From positions 4,864,001-4,928,000 of the forward strand of contig OY776510.1 of NCBI GenBank assembly GCA_963675665.1: DNA of 64,000 bases. Reading direction: 5' to 3'. A program made the translations under genes and the position numbers. The DNA is from Spirochaetia bacterium (lineage in GTDB: Bacteria; Spirochaetota; Spirochaetia; UBA9216). The notes beneath the pieces were generated by a model. That model was not told the DNA's origin, did not search any database, and saw nothing but the letters and a program-made list of their open reading frames with translations. Positions 56,346 to 64,000 of the stretch are shown in pieces; position 1 is the stretch's first letter, and every line of letters starts with the position of its first letter.

Positions 56346-59060
56346 TCAGGGCTTCATCAGACTGACGAACAACTTCGCAAGCCTCGGATCAAACTGGGTA
56401 CCGGAACAACGCTCTATCTCTTTAAGCGCTACTTCAGACGGGACACCGTCTTTATACACTCTTCCGTTTGTAATCACGTCATAAGTGTCGATAATACTTA
56501 TAATCCTTGAAAGCTCCGGAATTTCTTCCCCTTTCAACCCTCTGGGATACCCGTTGCCGTCCCATCTTTCATGGTGGCACAAGATATACTCGGCGATACT
56601 TGTCAGCTCAATAGAAGACTGTGCTATTCTGTATCCTGCTTCAGGGTGTTTTTTTATTTCCAGCCAGTCTTCTTCAGTTAACTTTTCTTTTTTACCCAGG
56701 ATATTCGACGGCACTGCAATCTTACCCATGTCATGCATAATCGCCAGAAGGTTTAAATCAGACTGCAGGTTTGAAGGAAGATTGATTGCCTTACCGAAGA
56801 TGGTAGCATATTGATTCATACGTTTTGTATGAGCTTCGGTTTCAAAACTTTTTTCAAACATGGTCTTCTTAAGTGAGGAAAGAATATCGCTGCGAACGCT
56901 TCTGTCGTCAAGAAGCTTCTGCCTGTACATTCTGTCTTCCGCTTCTCTGACAATATCATCCATTAATTCATCAGTTGTGTTTTTTGTTGCGCTTCCCAAT
57001 GCAATACTAGGAGAAATTGTACTGTCCTTTCTTCGATCACATTTTGAACGGATTCTGTCGCAGATCCTGTCTGCAATTTTCTGGTCGGTCGACGGAAGAA
57101 TAATAGAGAACTCATCCCCGCCCCACCGTGCGATCACGTCTTCTTCCCGGCAGCAACTGACTATGATTTCGGCTATACAATTCAGTAATTTATCCCCTTC
57201 CTTATGACCGAAGACATCATTAGCCATTTTCAAACCGTTGACATCTCCCATTATCACAGACAACGGAAGCTGCCGTTCCGTGTCCAGGCGGCTAAGCTCT
57301 ACCTCCATAAAGGCCCTGTTGTATACTCCGGTAAGAGAATCATGGAAACTCAAAAACTTGATTTCTTTCTGCCTGGCGCTTTCCTCGGTAATATCTCTGA
57401 ATATCATGGCGCATCCGGCGCCTTCGCGACCGAAACTGGGAATAGAGGTACTTGATATCGAAAAGATTCGATGATTACCGTCCGGATGCAGATAATCTGC
57501 TTTACGATATTCCTGGCCATACAGAACCTGGATATATCTGAGCTCTTCCAGATTAATAACGCGGTTGTCATTTTCGCTTTTAATTTCTACAGCATCTTCC
57601 AGCAGTTTCCCGTGAACGTCCGGTCTTTCAATTCCAAGAAGTTTAAGAGCACTGTCATTAACAAACTCAACCCTGCCGCGGGAATTCATGGAAATGAATC
57701 CGTCGCCTATGGACATCAGAGTAAGTGCAAGAATTTCTTTTTCCCTTTCAAGTTCGCGTCTTGATTTTATTGCCTCAAGCGCCCCTACACACATCTCGGC
57801 CGCCAGACGGAAAAAATCGCCGTCAACAGACGACCAGACTTCTGAAGGTTTTTCTCTTACAAGATACAGAGATCCTCCGATATTGTTTCGATGATACAGA
57901 GCAACACAAATAATTGCTCCGATTTTATTTTCAAGAAAAACATTCATATGTTTCTTCAGTTTACGATTCATTTTTGAGGTATCAGAAATAATTATAATCC
58001 CGTTTTCATAAAAATCTTCAATACCTCCCGGCAAAATATCGTCTGCAGCTCCGTAATCTCCGAAAAAATTGCTGTCAAAATTTTCAGGATATGAATACAT
58101 GGTACCGTCATCAATAGAAAGAAGATCATTTGTCAGCAGAACTGCCCTGTCGGCATCTGCTTTGGCACCGATTATCTTAAGGGCATCAATAAGCCCTGCA
58201 GCCAGATTGGAGGTTTCAGTGGTCATAAAAATATTGGAAACTTCCAAAAGGGTTTTTTCGGTTCTTATATGATTTTCCAGGGAAAGCTGCAATTCTTTAG
58301 ACTCGGTAATATCAAGAATAGTACCAATAACACGGCTGGCATTTCCTGATTCATCGTACTCAATTCGTCCCTGGTCTCTGATCCATACAATTGAATCCCT
58401 GGCTACTTTAAGAGGGTACTCCGTCCTGTATGTTTCCTGCCTGGAGGCGAAAGCTTCATTCTGCCCCTTTACAAGAAGGTCTCTGTCGTCGGGAAGAATA
58501 AGCGATCGATAAAATTCCTGAGTCGGTTCGAATTCTCCCGGCGCAAAACCAAGAAGCCTGAATGTCTGTGCAGACCAGTACGACTTATCGGTTTTAACAT
58601 CCCATTCCCAGTCTCCAAGATTTCCGAGTATCTGGGCTTCAACCAGTCTTTTCTGACTCTTTAAAAACTCCAGTTCCACTTCTTTTTTGCCTGTAATATC
58701 CTGCCCGATAGACTGGTAACCTATCAGAGCGCCCTTTTCATTGTAAATTCCCTTGTCAATCCATGAAAACCAATGCACTTTGCCTGTTCTATCAGTATGG
58801 CGGTTTTCCATATCGAAGCTTCTTTTTTCTTCATTTATGCTTTTTATAAGATCATAAAAAGGACCTTTCACTTCATCCAGCATAAAATCCAGAATTGATT
58901 TCCCGATATAGCTTTTTTCATCGGTCAGGCCCATAAAATCCCGGCCAAAAGAATTGATATACAAAATTTTTAACTCAAGATCAAAATAAGTAACATGAAA
59001 CGGTGATTGGTCTATGAGAAGCTTGTAATGTTGATCAAGATTAATACAATCTTTTTCCAA
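56346..59060 (-). CDS. PAS/GAF sensor diguanylate cyclase-phosphodiesterase (GGDEF + HD-GYP)
   Basis: PAS/PAC repeats, HDSLTGVYNR, I-site REED, RWGGDEF, HDMGK and HHERWDGNGYP. Confidence 0.93.
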   Translation of the reverse strand: MEKDCINLDQHYKLLIDQSPFHVTYFDLELKILYINSFGRDFMGLTDEKSYIGKSILDFMLDEVKGPFYDLIKSINEEKRSFDMENRHTDRTGKVHWFSWIDKGIYNEKGALIGYQSIGQDITGKKEVELEFLKSQKRLVEAQILGNLGDWEWDVKTDKSYWSAQTFRLLGFAPGEFEPTQEFYRSLILPDDRDLLVKGQNEAFASRQETYRTEYPLKVARDSIVWIRDQGRIEYDESGNASRVIGTILDITESKELQLSLENHIRTEKTLLEVSNIFMTTETSNLAAGLIDALKIIGAKADADRAVLLTNDLLSIDDGTMYSYPENFDSNFFGDYGAADDILPGGIEDFYENGIIIISDTSKMNRKLKKHMNVFLENKIGAIICVALYHRNNIGGSLYLVREKPSEVWSSVDGDFFRLAAEMCVGALEAIKSRRELEREKEILALTLMSIGDGFISMNSRGRVEFVNDSALKLLGIERPDVHGKLLEDAVEIKSENDNRVINLEELRYIQVLYGQEYRKADYLHPDGNHRIFSISSTSIPSFGREGAGCAMIFRDITEESARQKEIKFLSFHDSLTGVYNRAFMEVELSRLDTERQLPLSVIMGDVNGLKMANDVFGHKEGDKLLNCIAEIIVSCCREEDVIARWGGDEFSIILPSTDQKIADRICDRIRSKCDRRKDSTISPSIALGSATKNTTDELMDDIVREAEDRMYRQKLLDDRSVRSDILSSLKKTMFEKSFETEAHTKRMNQYATIFGKAINLPSNLQSDLNLLAIMHDMGKIAVPSNILGKKEKLTEEDWLEIKKHPEAGYRIAQSSIELTSIAEYILCHHERWDGNGYPRGLKGEEIPELSRIISIIDTYDVITNGRVYKDGVPSEVALKEIERCSGTQFDPRLAKLFVSLMKP

Positions 59061-59150
59061 AATTCTAACCTGTTAAAAAATGTTTCGTTAATTATACTAT
59101 CCTAATTAATCAAACCTGACAATTGTGTTTTTTTAGTTGAAAATAATCAT

Positions 59151-59187
59151 AAAAAAAGCGGTTTGACGTCAAAGACGGCAAACCGCA
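59151..59187 (-). terminator. Rho-independent terminator of the acyl-CoA operon
   Basis: GCGGTTTG.CGTC/GACG.CAAACCGC stem followed by T7 on the minus strand. Confidence 0.7.
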
Positions 59188-59237
59188 TGTTAATTTTCAA
59201 CCTTCGCCTGCCGGCGCTTATGCCGGAACCATGGAGT

Positions 59238-60377
59238 CTACCTATTCCATGCTTCAGTGTAAATGTTAAAAGCGTCTTCCTGGGTAACTTCGCGGGGATT
59301 GTTAACCAGGAGCCTTGTCTGATCCATGACCGAAACCGACATCGGTTTGATTGCATCTTCAGGAATATCTATCGCCTTGAGATTGCGCGGCAGCTTTACA
59401 TCTTCGCAGAGCTTTTCAACCTCGGATATACAATCCTGCCAGTCTGCCCCCTGTCTGCCGGTCATTATCTCGGCAACATGTCCGAAACGGTCTTTCATCG
59501 CAGCAGCATTAAACTTGATTATAACAGGCAGCATAAGACTGTTCGCCATTCCGTGAGGAACATGAAACATTCCGCCCAAAGGATAGGCAAACGCATGAAC
59601 TGCGGTTACACCTGCGTTGGCAAACGCAATTCCGGCCAAAAGGCTTCCAAGAAGCATCTTCTCACGAGCTTCCATATCGGAACCGTTGTTGTACGCAGTA
59701 CGAATATTCTGTGAGATAAGCTCTATCGCTTTCACAGCCACTGCATCACTATAGTCATTTGCATTAGCGGAAGTATAAGCCTCAACACAGTGACACAGGG
59801 CATCCATTCCTGTGGGCGCTGTTATATGAGGAGGAAGCCCCACTGTCAGCTCCGGATCAAGAAACGCAAATTTCGGCATAATATAAGCTGAACCGAACCC
59901 TTTTTTCGTCTCATTTTCAAGATCAGAAAGGATTGACAGGTATGTAACCTCAGAGCCTGTTCCTGCAGTAGTAGGTATTGCAAAAATAGGCAAGCCGGGT
60001 TTTGGAAGAATCCCGACACCGAGATAATTTCTGATACTTCCTTCATTACCGACAAGCGCGGCAGCGACCTTCGCTGAATCAATTGAAGATCCGCCTCCCA
60101 GACCGATTACCGCCTGAGCACCGCTTTTGCGTGCTTTATCCGCTATGCTGTCTACAAGCTGCATTGACGGATCAGGCTTTACCTCATCAATCAGAATTAC
60201 TTCCTTGCCTGCATCCTTCAGGATTTTTTCAACCCTTGTATAAATACCAACTTTTATTATTCCGGGGTCGGTAACTACCATGACCTTGTCTGCACCTACA
60301 GAATCAAGCGCTGCAGGAATTTCAGCTATTGAATTTTTTCCAATTTTAACTTGCGGCACCGGCCATATATTCATCAT
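59238..60377 (-). CDS. Iron-containing alcohol dehydrogenase
   Basis: GGGSSIDSAK, PTTAGTGSE, GMDAL.H..E, H...YPLG and HG.AN. Confidence 0.93.
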   Translation of the reverse strand: MMNIWPVPQVKIGKNSIAEIPAALDSVGADKVMVVTDPGIIKVGIYTRVEKILKDAGKEVILIDEVKPDPSMQLVDSIADKARKSGAQAVIGLGGGSSIDSAKVAAALVGNEGSIRNYLGVGILPKPGLPIFAIPTTAGTGSEVTYLSILSDLENETKKGFGSAYIMPKFAFLDPELTVGLPPHITAPTGMDALCHCVEAYTSANANDYSDAVAVKAIELISQNIRTAYNNGSDMEAREKMLLGSLLAGIAFANAGVTAVHAFAYPLGGMFHVPHGMANSLMLPVIIKFNAAAMKDRFGHVAEIMTGRQGADWQDCISEVEKLCEDVKLPRNLKAIDIPEDAIKPMSVSVMDQTRLLVNNPREVTQEDAFNIYTEAWNR

Positions 60378-60386
60378 ATCTGTCTC

Positions 60387-61238
60387 CTAATTATAATTAT
60401 AAAAACCCTTTCCGGATTTTCTTCCAAGGTATCCTGCAGCAACCATCTTGCGAAGCAGGGGATAAGGTCTGTATTTGGGATCACCGAAATCGTTATACAG
60501 TACTTCCATTATCTTTAAACAGACATCGAGCCCAATCAAATCAGCAAGCGCCAGAGGGCCTATCGGGTGATTTGCGCCGAGCTTCATTATTTCATCAATT
60601 GCCGCAGCATCTGCAAGTCCGTCGGCAAGACAGCCTACACCTTCGTTTATCATCGGAATCAGAACCCTGTTAAGCACAAAACCGGGCGCATCCTGAACCA
60701 TTACGGCAGTTTTGCCTATCTTTTCTGAAACTTCCTTAACTGCGTCAATTACTTCCTGTCTGGTCTGCAGCGCAGCTATAACCTCAATGAGTTTCATTAC
60801 CGGAACCGGGTTCATAAAATGCATACCGATCATTCTGTCGGGATTTGTTGCGTATGTGGCGATCTCGGTTACTGATATTGTAGAAGTATTTGTTGCAAGA
60901 ATGCAAATATCGGACACAATCCCCGACAGTGTTTCAAATACGGTTTTTTTAATTTCCCTGTCTTCAGCAACTGCCTCAATTACCATATCGCATTCTTTAA
61001 AATCATTTACATCGGTTGATGTACTGATTTTGTCGAGGGCGGCTTTTTTTGCGTCTTCAGTTATTCTTTCCTTCGAAACCATTCTGTCGAGATTTTTCGT
61101 AACAGTTGCAACCGCCTTGTCGACAGTCTCCTGTCTTCTTGATACAAGCTGCACGTTATAACCGGCCTGCGCGCAAACCTGAACTATACCGTTACCCATT
61201 GTCCCGCCGCCGTAAACTCCTATTGTCTTAATATCCAT
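60387..61238 (-). CDS. hbd: 3-hydroxybutyryl-CoA dehydrogenase
   Basis: [38 protein letters not shown] and GRKSGKGFY. Confidence 0.95.
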   Translation of the reverse strand: MDIKTIGVYGGGTMGNGIVQVCAQAGYNVQLVSRRQETVDKAVATVTKNLDRMVSKERITEDAKKAALDKISTSTDVNDFKECDMVIEAVAEDREIKKTVFETLSGIVSDICILATNTSTISVTEIATYATNPDRMIGMHFMNPVPVMKLIEVIAALQTRQEVIDAVKEVSEKIGKTAVMVQDAPGFVLNRVLIPMINEGVGCLADGLADAAAIDEIMKLGANHPIGPLALADLIGLDVCLKIMEVLYNDFGDPKYRPYPLLRKMVAAGYLGRKSGKGFYNYN

Positions 61239-61314
61239 TATTTACTCCTGAAAATTTATTCTCACCGTAAACGGCAATAATACTATCCCCGCCATGGAAG
61301 GCGGATAAGCTTGA

Positions 61315-61379
61315 TGAAGTTTGGAGAACTTATCTCCAAACTTCAGAAACGGTTTAAACATGGATGTTTAAACCGTTTC
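61315..61379. repeat. Two abutting perfect inverted repeats between thiolase and hbd
   Basis: TGAAGTTTGGAGA/TCTCCAAACTTCA (13 bp) and GAAACGGTTTAAACA/TGTTTAAACCGTTTC (15 bp). Confidence 0.85.
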
Positions 61380-62549
61380 CACACAAAGAGCTACACCCAT
61401 ACCGCCGCCGATACACAGGGTAGCAAGACCTTTTTTAAGGCCGCGTTTTTTCATCTCATACAGCAGGGTAACGAGAATTCTTGCTCCGCTGGCCCCAATC
61501 GGATGGCCTATTGATATAGCGCCTCCGTTTACGTTTATCTTGCTCGCGTCCCATCCGAGTTCCCTGTTTACCGAGAGAGACTGCGCGGCGAAGGCTTCGT
61601 TTGCCTCAATCAGCTCGAGATCATCAATACTCCAGCCGGCCTTGGCCAGCGCGTTTCTGACGGCTTCTACCGGTCCGATACCCATTATCGCGGGATCTAC
61701 ACCTGCCCAGCCGTAACCTGCAATCCTGGCCATCGGTTTAAGGCCTTTTTCCTTAACCGCGTCTTCACCGGCAACAAGCAGGATCGCAGCTCCGTCGTTG
61801 ATGCCTGAAGCGTTGCCCGCAGTTACTGTTCCGTCTTTCTTGAAAGCGGGACGAAGCTTTGCAAGACTTTCGGCTGTTACGCCCGCGCGGGGGAATTCAT
61901 CAGTGTCGAATACGATCGGATCGCCCTTTCTCTGGGGAATCTCGAACGGCATAATTTCGTCTTTGAATTTTCCATCCCTGATAGCCGCCTCTGTCTTGTT
62001 CTGTGAACCGGCGGCAAATGCGTCCTGTTCTTCACGGCTGATATTATATTTTTCAGCAAGATTTTCCGCTGTAATTCCCATGTGATAGTCGTTGTACTTT
62101 TCCCAAAGACCGTCGTAAACCATTGCGTCAACAATTTTACCGTCGCCCATTCTGTACCCGTTCCTGGCCTTGGGAAGCAGATAAGGTGCTATAGACATAT
62201 TCTCGGTCCCGCCTGCGACTACGATGTCGGCATCTTCGCACTTGATTGCCTGCGCAGCGGCGGCAACGGTCCTGAGTCCGGATCCGCAAACCATATTGAC
62301 TGTCTGTGCGGTTTTCTCCTGCGGAATGTCCGAATAGATCAGAGCCTGTCTTGCGCAGTTCTGTCCCTGTCCGGCCTGAAGCACGTTGCCCAGGATTACT
62401 TCGTCAACATCTGCTCCTTCAAGATTATTCCTTTTCAGGACCTCTTTTATTACCGGTGCGGCAATCTTTGCCGCCTGGATTTCGGATAGAGTTCCCCCGA
62501 AATTCCCAACTGCTGTTCTCAACGCATCTACAATGTAAACTTCTTTCAT
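61368..62549 (-). CDS. thlA: Acetyl-CoA C-acetyltransferase (thiolase)
   Basis: [29 protein letters not shown] and CIGGG. Start at MKEVY, 62549. Confidence 0.96.
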   Translation of the reverse strand: MKEVYIVDALRTAVGNFGGTLSEIQAAKIAAPVIKEVLKRNNLEGADVDEVILGNVLQAGQGQNCARQALIYSDIPQEKTAQTVNMVCGSGLRTVAAAAQAIKCEDADIVVAGGTENMSIAPYLLPKARNGYRMGDGKIVDAMVYDGLWEKYNDYHMGITAENLAEKYNISREEQDAFAAGSQNKTEAAIRDGKFKDEIMPFEIPQRKGDPIVFDTDEFPRAGVTAESLAKLRPAFKKDGTVTAGNASGINDGAAILLVAGEDAVKEKGLKPMARIAGYGWAGVDPAIMGIGPVEAVRNALAKAGWSIDDLELIEANEAFAAQSLSVNRELGWDASKINVNGGAISIGHPIGASGARILVTLLYEMKKRGLKKGLATLCIGGGMGVALCVETV

Positions 62550-63340
62550 TCTTTTTCCCTCCATATCGGTTTTCTTTTATTTAAAAACGCATCTGTTCCT
62601 TCCCGCATATCATTATGAGAGAAGATCAATCCGAATTTATTCATTTCATAAGCAGTCATCACTGCAGGATCATTATCAACCGCAAGGTTCAACAGCTCCT
62701 TGGCCTCTGCTACCGAATTGGGACTTGTTTTTTCCATTTCTTCAGAGACTGCAATAACTTCATCAATAAGTGTATCCGGTTCACATACCCTGTTTACTAT
62801 TCCCAGATTGAGCGCTTCTTCAGCAGTTACCATTCTTCCGGTAAAAACAAGTTCTTTTGCTGCAGCTTTTCCTATCCGATCGGTCAGCCGTTTATGGCCG
62901 CCGAATCCGGGAATCAGACCCAATGTCGCCTCAGGCAATCCTAACCTGGCTTTTTTGGAAGCGTAAGCAAAATCACAGGCGAGAACAGTCTCCAGGCCTC
63001 CTCCGAGGGCAAAACCGTTAACAGCCGCTATGGTCGGAAGCCTGAGGTTCTCAAGCTTTAAAAATACCGAATTGCCCAGCCTGCTGAACTCCGATGCTTC
63101 AACAGGCGTTTTTTTATTCATCTCGGCAATATCGGCTCCGGCAATGAAGGCCTTGCCGGCTCCGGTAAGGATAAGGCTTCGTATCGTCCTGTCGGCAAGC
63201 GCCTCGGCCTCAATTTCATCGAGAGCTGCTGATAGTTCAAACAGGACCTCTGAGCTCAGAGAATTCAGGGTGTTCTCATCTGTAAAAGTCAGAATAACGG
63301 TGTTGGAAACCCTCTCATATTTTAAATGCTTATAATCCAT
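62546..63340 (-). CDS. crt: Enoyl-CoA hydratase (crotonase)
   Basis: [17 protein letters not shown] and PE..LG..PGFGG. Confidence 0.92.
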   Translation of the reverse strand: MDYKHLKYERVSNTVILTFTDENTLNSLSSEVLFELSAALDEIEAEALADRTIRSLILTGAGKAFIAGADIAEMNKKTPVEASEFSRLGNSVFLKLENLRLPTIAAVNGFALGGGLETVLACDFAYASKKARLGLPEATLGLIPGFGGHKRLTDRIGKAAAKELVFTGRMVTAEEALNLGIVNRVCEPDTLIDEVIAVSEEMEKTSPNSVAEAKELLNLAVDNDPAVMTAYEMNKFGLIFSHNDMREGTDAFLNKRKPIWREKE

Positions 63341-63354
63341 AATCCCCCGCCCTT

Positions 63355-64000
63355 TTATTTAAGGCTTTTCCGGAGCTCATCGCGAAAATCAGGATGAGCA
63401 ATATTTATCAATGCTTCAGCACGCTCCCTGTTGCTTTTGCCCTTTAAATGCGCTATTCCGTATTCGGTTACGATATAATCAACGTCATGACGCGAAGTCG
63501 TTACGCATGCGCCTTCATTCAGACGAATTACAATTCGGGATATTGTTCCGTTTTTACCTGTCGACGGAAAAGCAATTATCGATTTGCCGCCTTCCGAATG
63601 CATTGCCGAACGAACAAAATCAACCTGTCCGCCTACAGCCGAAAACTGTTTCGGACCAATCATATCGGCAGCAACCTGGCCAAAAAGATCAACCTCAATT
63701 GCGGAGTTTATCGATATAAGGTTTTTCAGTCTGCCTGCAACCAGAACGCTGTTTGTATAATCAACCGGTTTCATCAGTACGGCAGGGTTATCATTTACAA
63801 AATCATAAAGCCTTTTTGTTCCCATCAGAAAGGTTGCTACGAATTTACCGGGATTAATATTGTTGTATTTATTGGTTACAATACCTTTTTCATAAAGATC
63901 CACAACCCCGTCGCTGAACATTTCGGTATGGATTCCCAAATCCTTCTTCTCTGTAAGGAAATGCAGAACCGCATCGGGAATCGCACCGATTCCGAGTTGA
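63355..64000 (-). CDS. Acetyl-CoA hydrolase/transferase family CoA-transferase (4-hydroxybutyrate/butyryl-CoA transferase-like), C-terminal part; start lies beyond the window
   Basis: Frame is open to the edge: QLGIGAIPDAV...DLGIHTE, GGQVDF, VTEYG.A.L.G and IAHPDFR. Confidence 0.92.
   Translation of the reverse strand, partial: QLGIGAIPDAVLHFLTEKKDLGIHTEMFSDGVVDLYEKGIVTNKYNNINPGKFVATFLMGTKRLYDFVNDNPAVLMKPVDYTNSVLVAGRLKNLISINSAIEVDLFGQVAADMIGPKQFSAVGGQVDFVRSAMHSEGGKSIIAFPSTGKNGTISRIVIRLNEGACVTTSRHDVDYIVTEYGIAHLKGKSNRERAEALINIAHPDFRDELRKSLK

Noticed and set aside
1-64000. tRNA, rRNA, known riboswitches, prophage or anti-phage genes
   Set aside because: None recognised by eye. An Infernal/Rfam scan would be needed to exclude small structured RNAs.

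Overview
A gene-dense 64-kb bacterial chromosome segment, very probably from an anaerobic spirochaete (inferred from solute-binding-protein signal peptides of the FA[GN]GQQE type). It is dominated by sugar and sugar-acid uptake and catabolism: two TRAP systems, one CUT1 ABC system, a truncated RbsB-like binding protein, many SDR and Zn-dehydrogenase genes, a ketose 3-epimerase, a split transketolase, a class II aldolase and a transaldolase. It also carries an aldehyde:ferredoxin oxidoreductase, glpK-cls, rlmD, a GGDEF/HD-GYP protein and a CoA-transferase-crt-thl-hbd-ADH operon. There are two mobile elements: a class C group II intron inserted after a terminator, and an IS110-superfamily element. 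The most notable observations are: (1) a soluble histidine kinase whose input domain is a catalytically degenerate sugar-ABC ATPase domain, paired with a sigma54 activator and two sigma54 promoters; (2) an IS110/IS1111-like element whose putative bridge/seek RNA loops carry Shine-Dalgarno sequence and which sits in a ribosome-binding site; (3) a leader-peptide attenuator upstream of an RNHCP-RsgA operon; (4) two near-identical LacI genes, each in an operon with a duplicated promoter and tandem GTAACCGGTTAC palindromes; (5) a PadR/membrane cassette flanked by 23-bp direct repeats. No rRNA, tRNA or CRISPR array was seen. All assignments come from reading motifs by eye; no database search was run.
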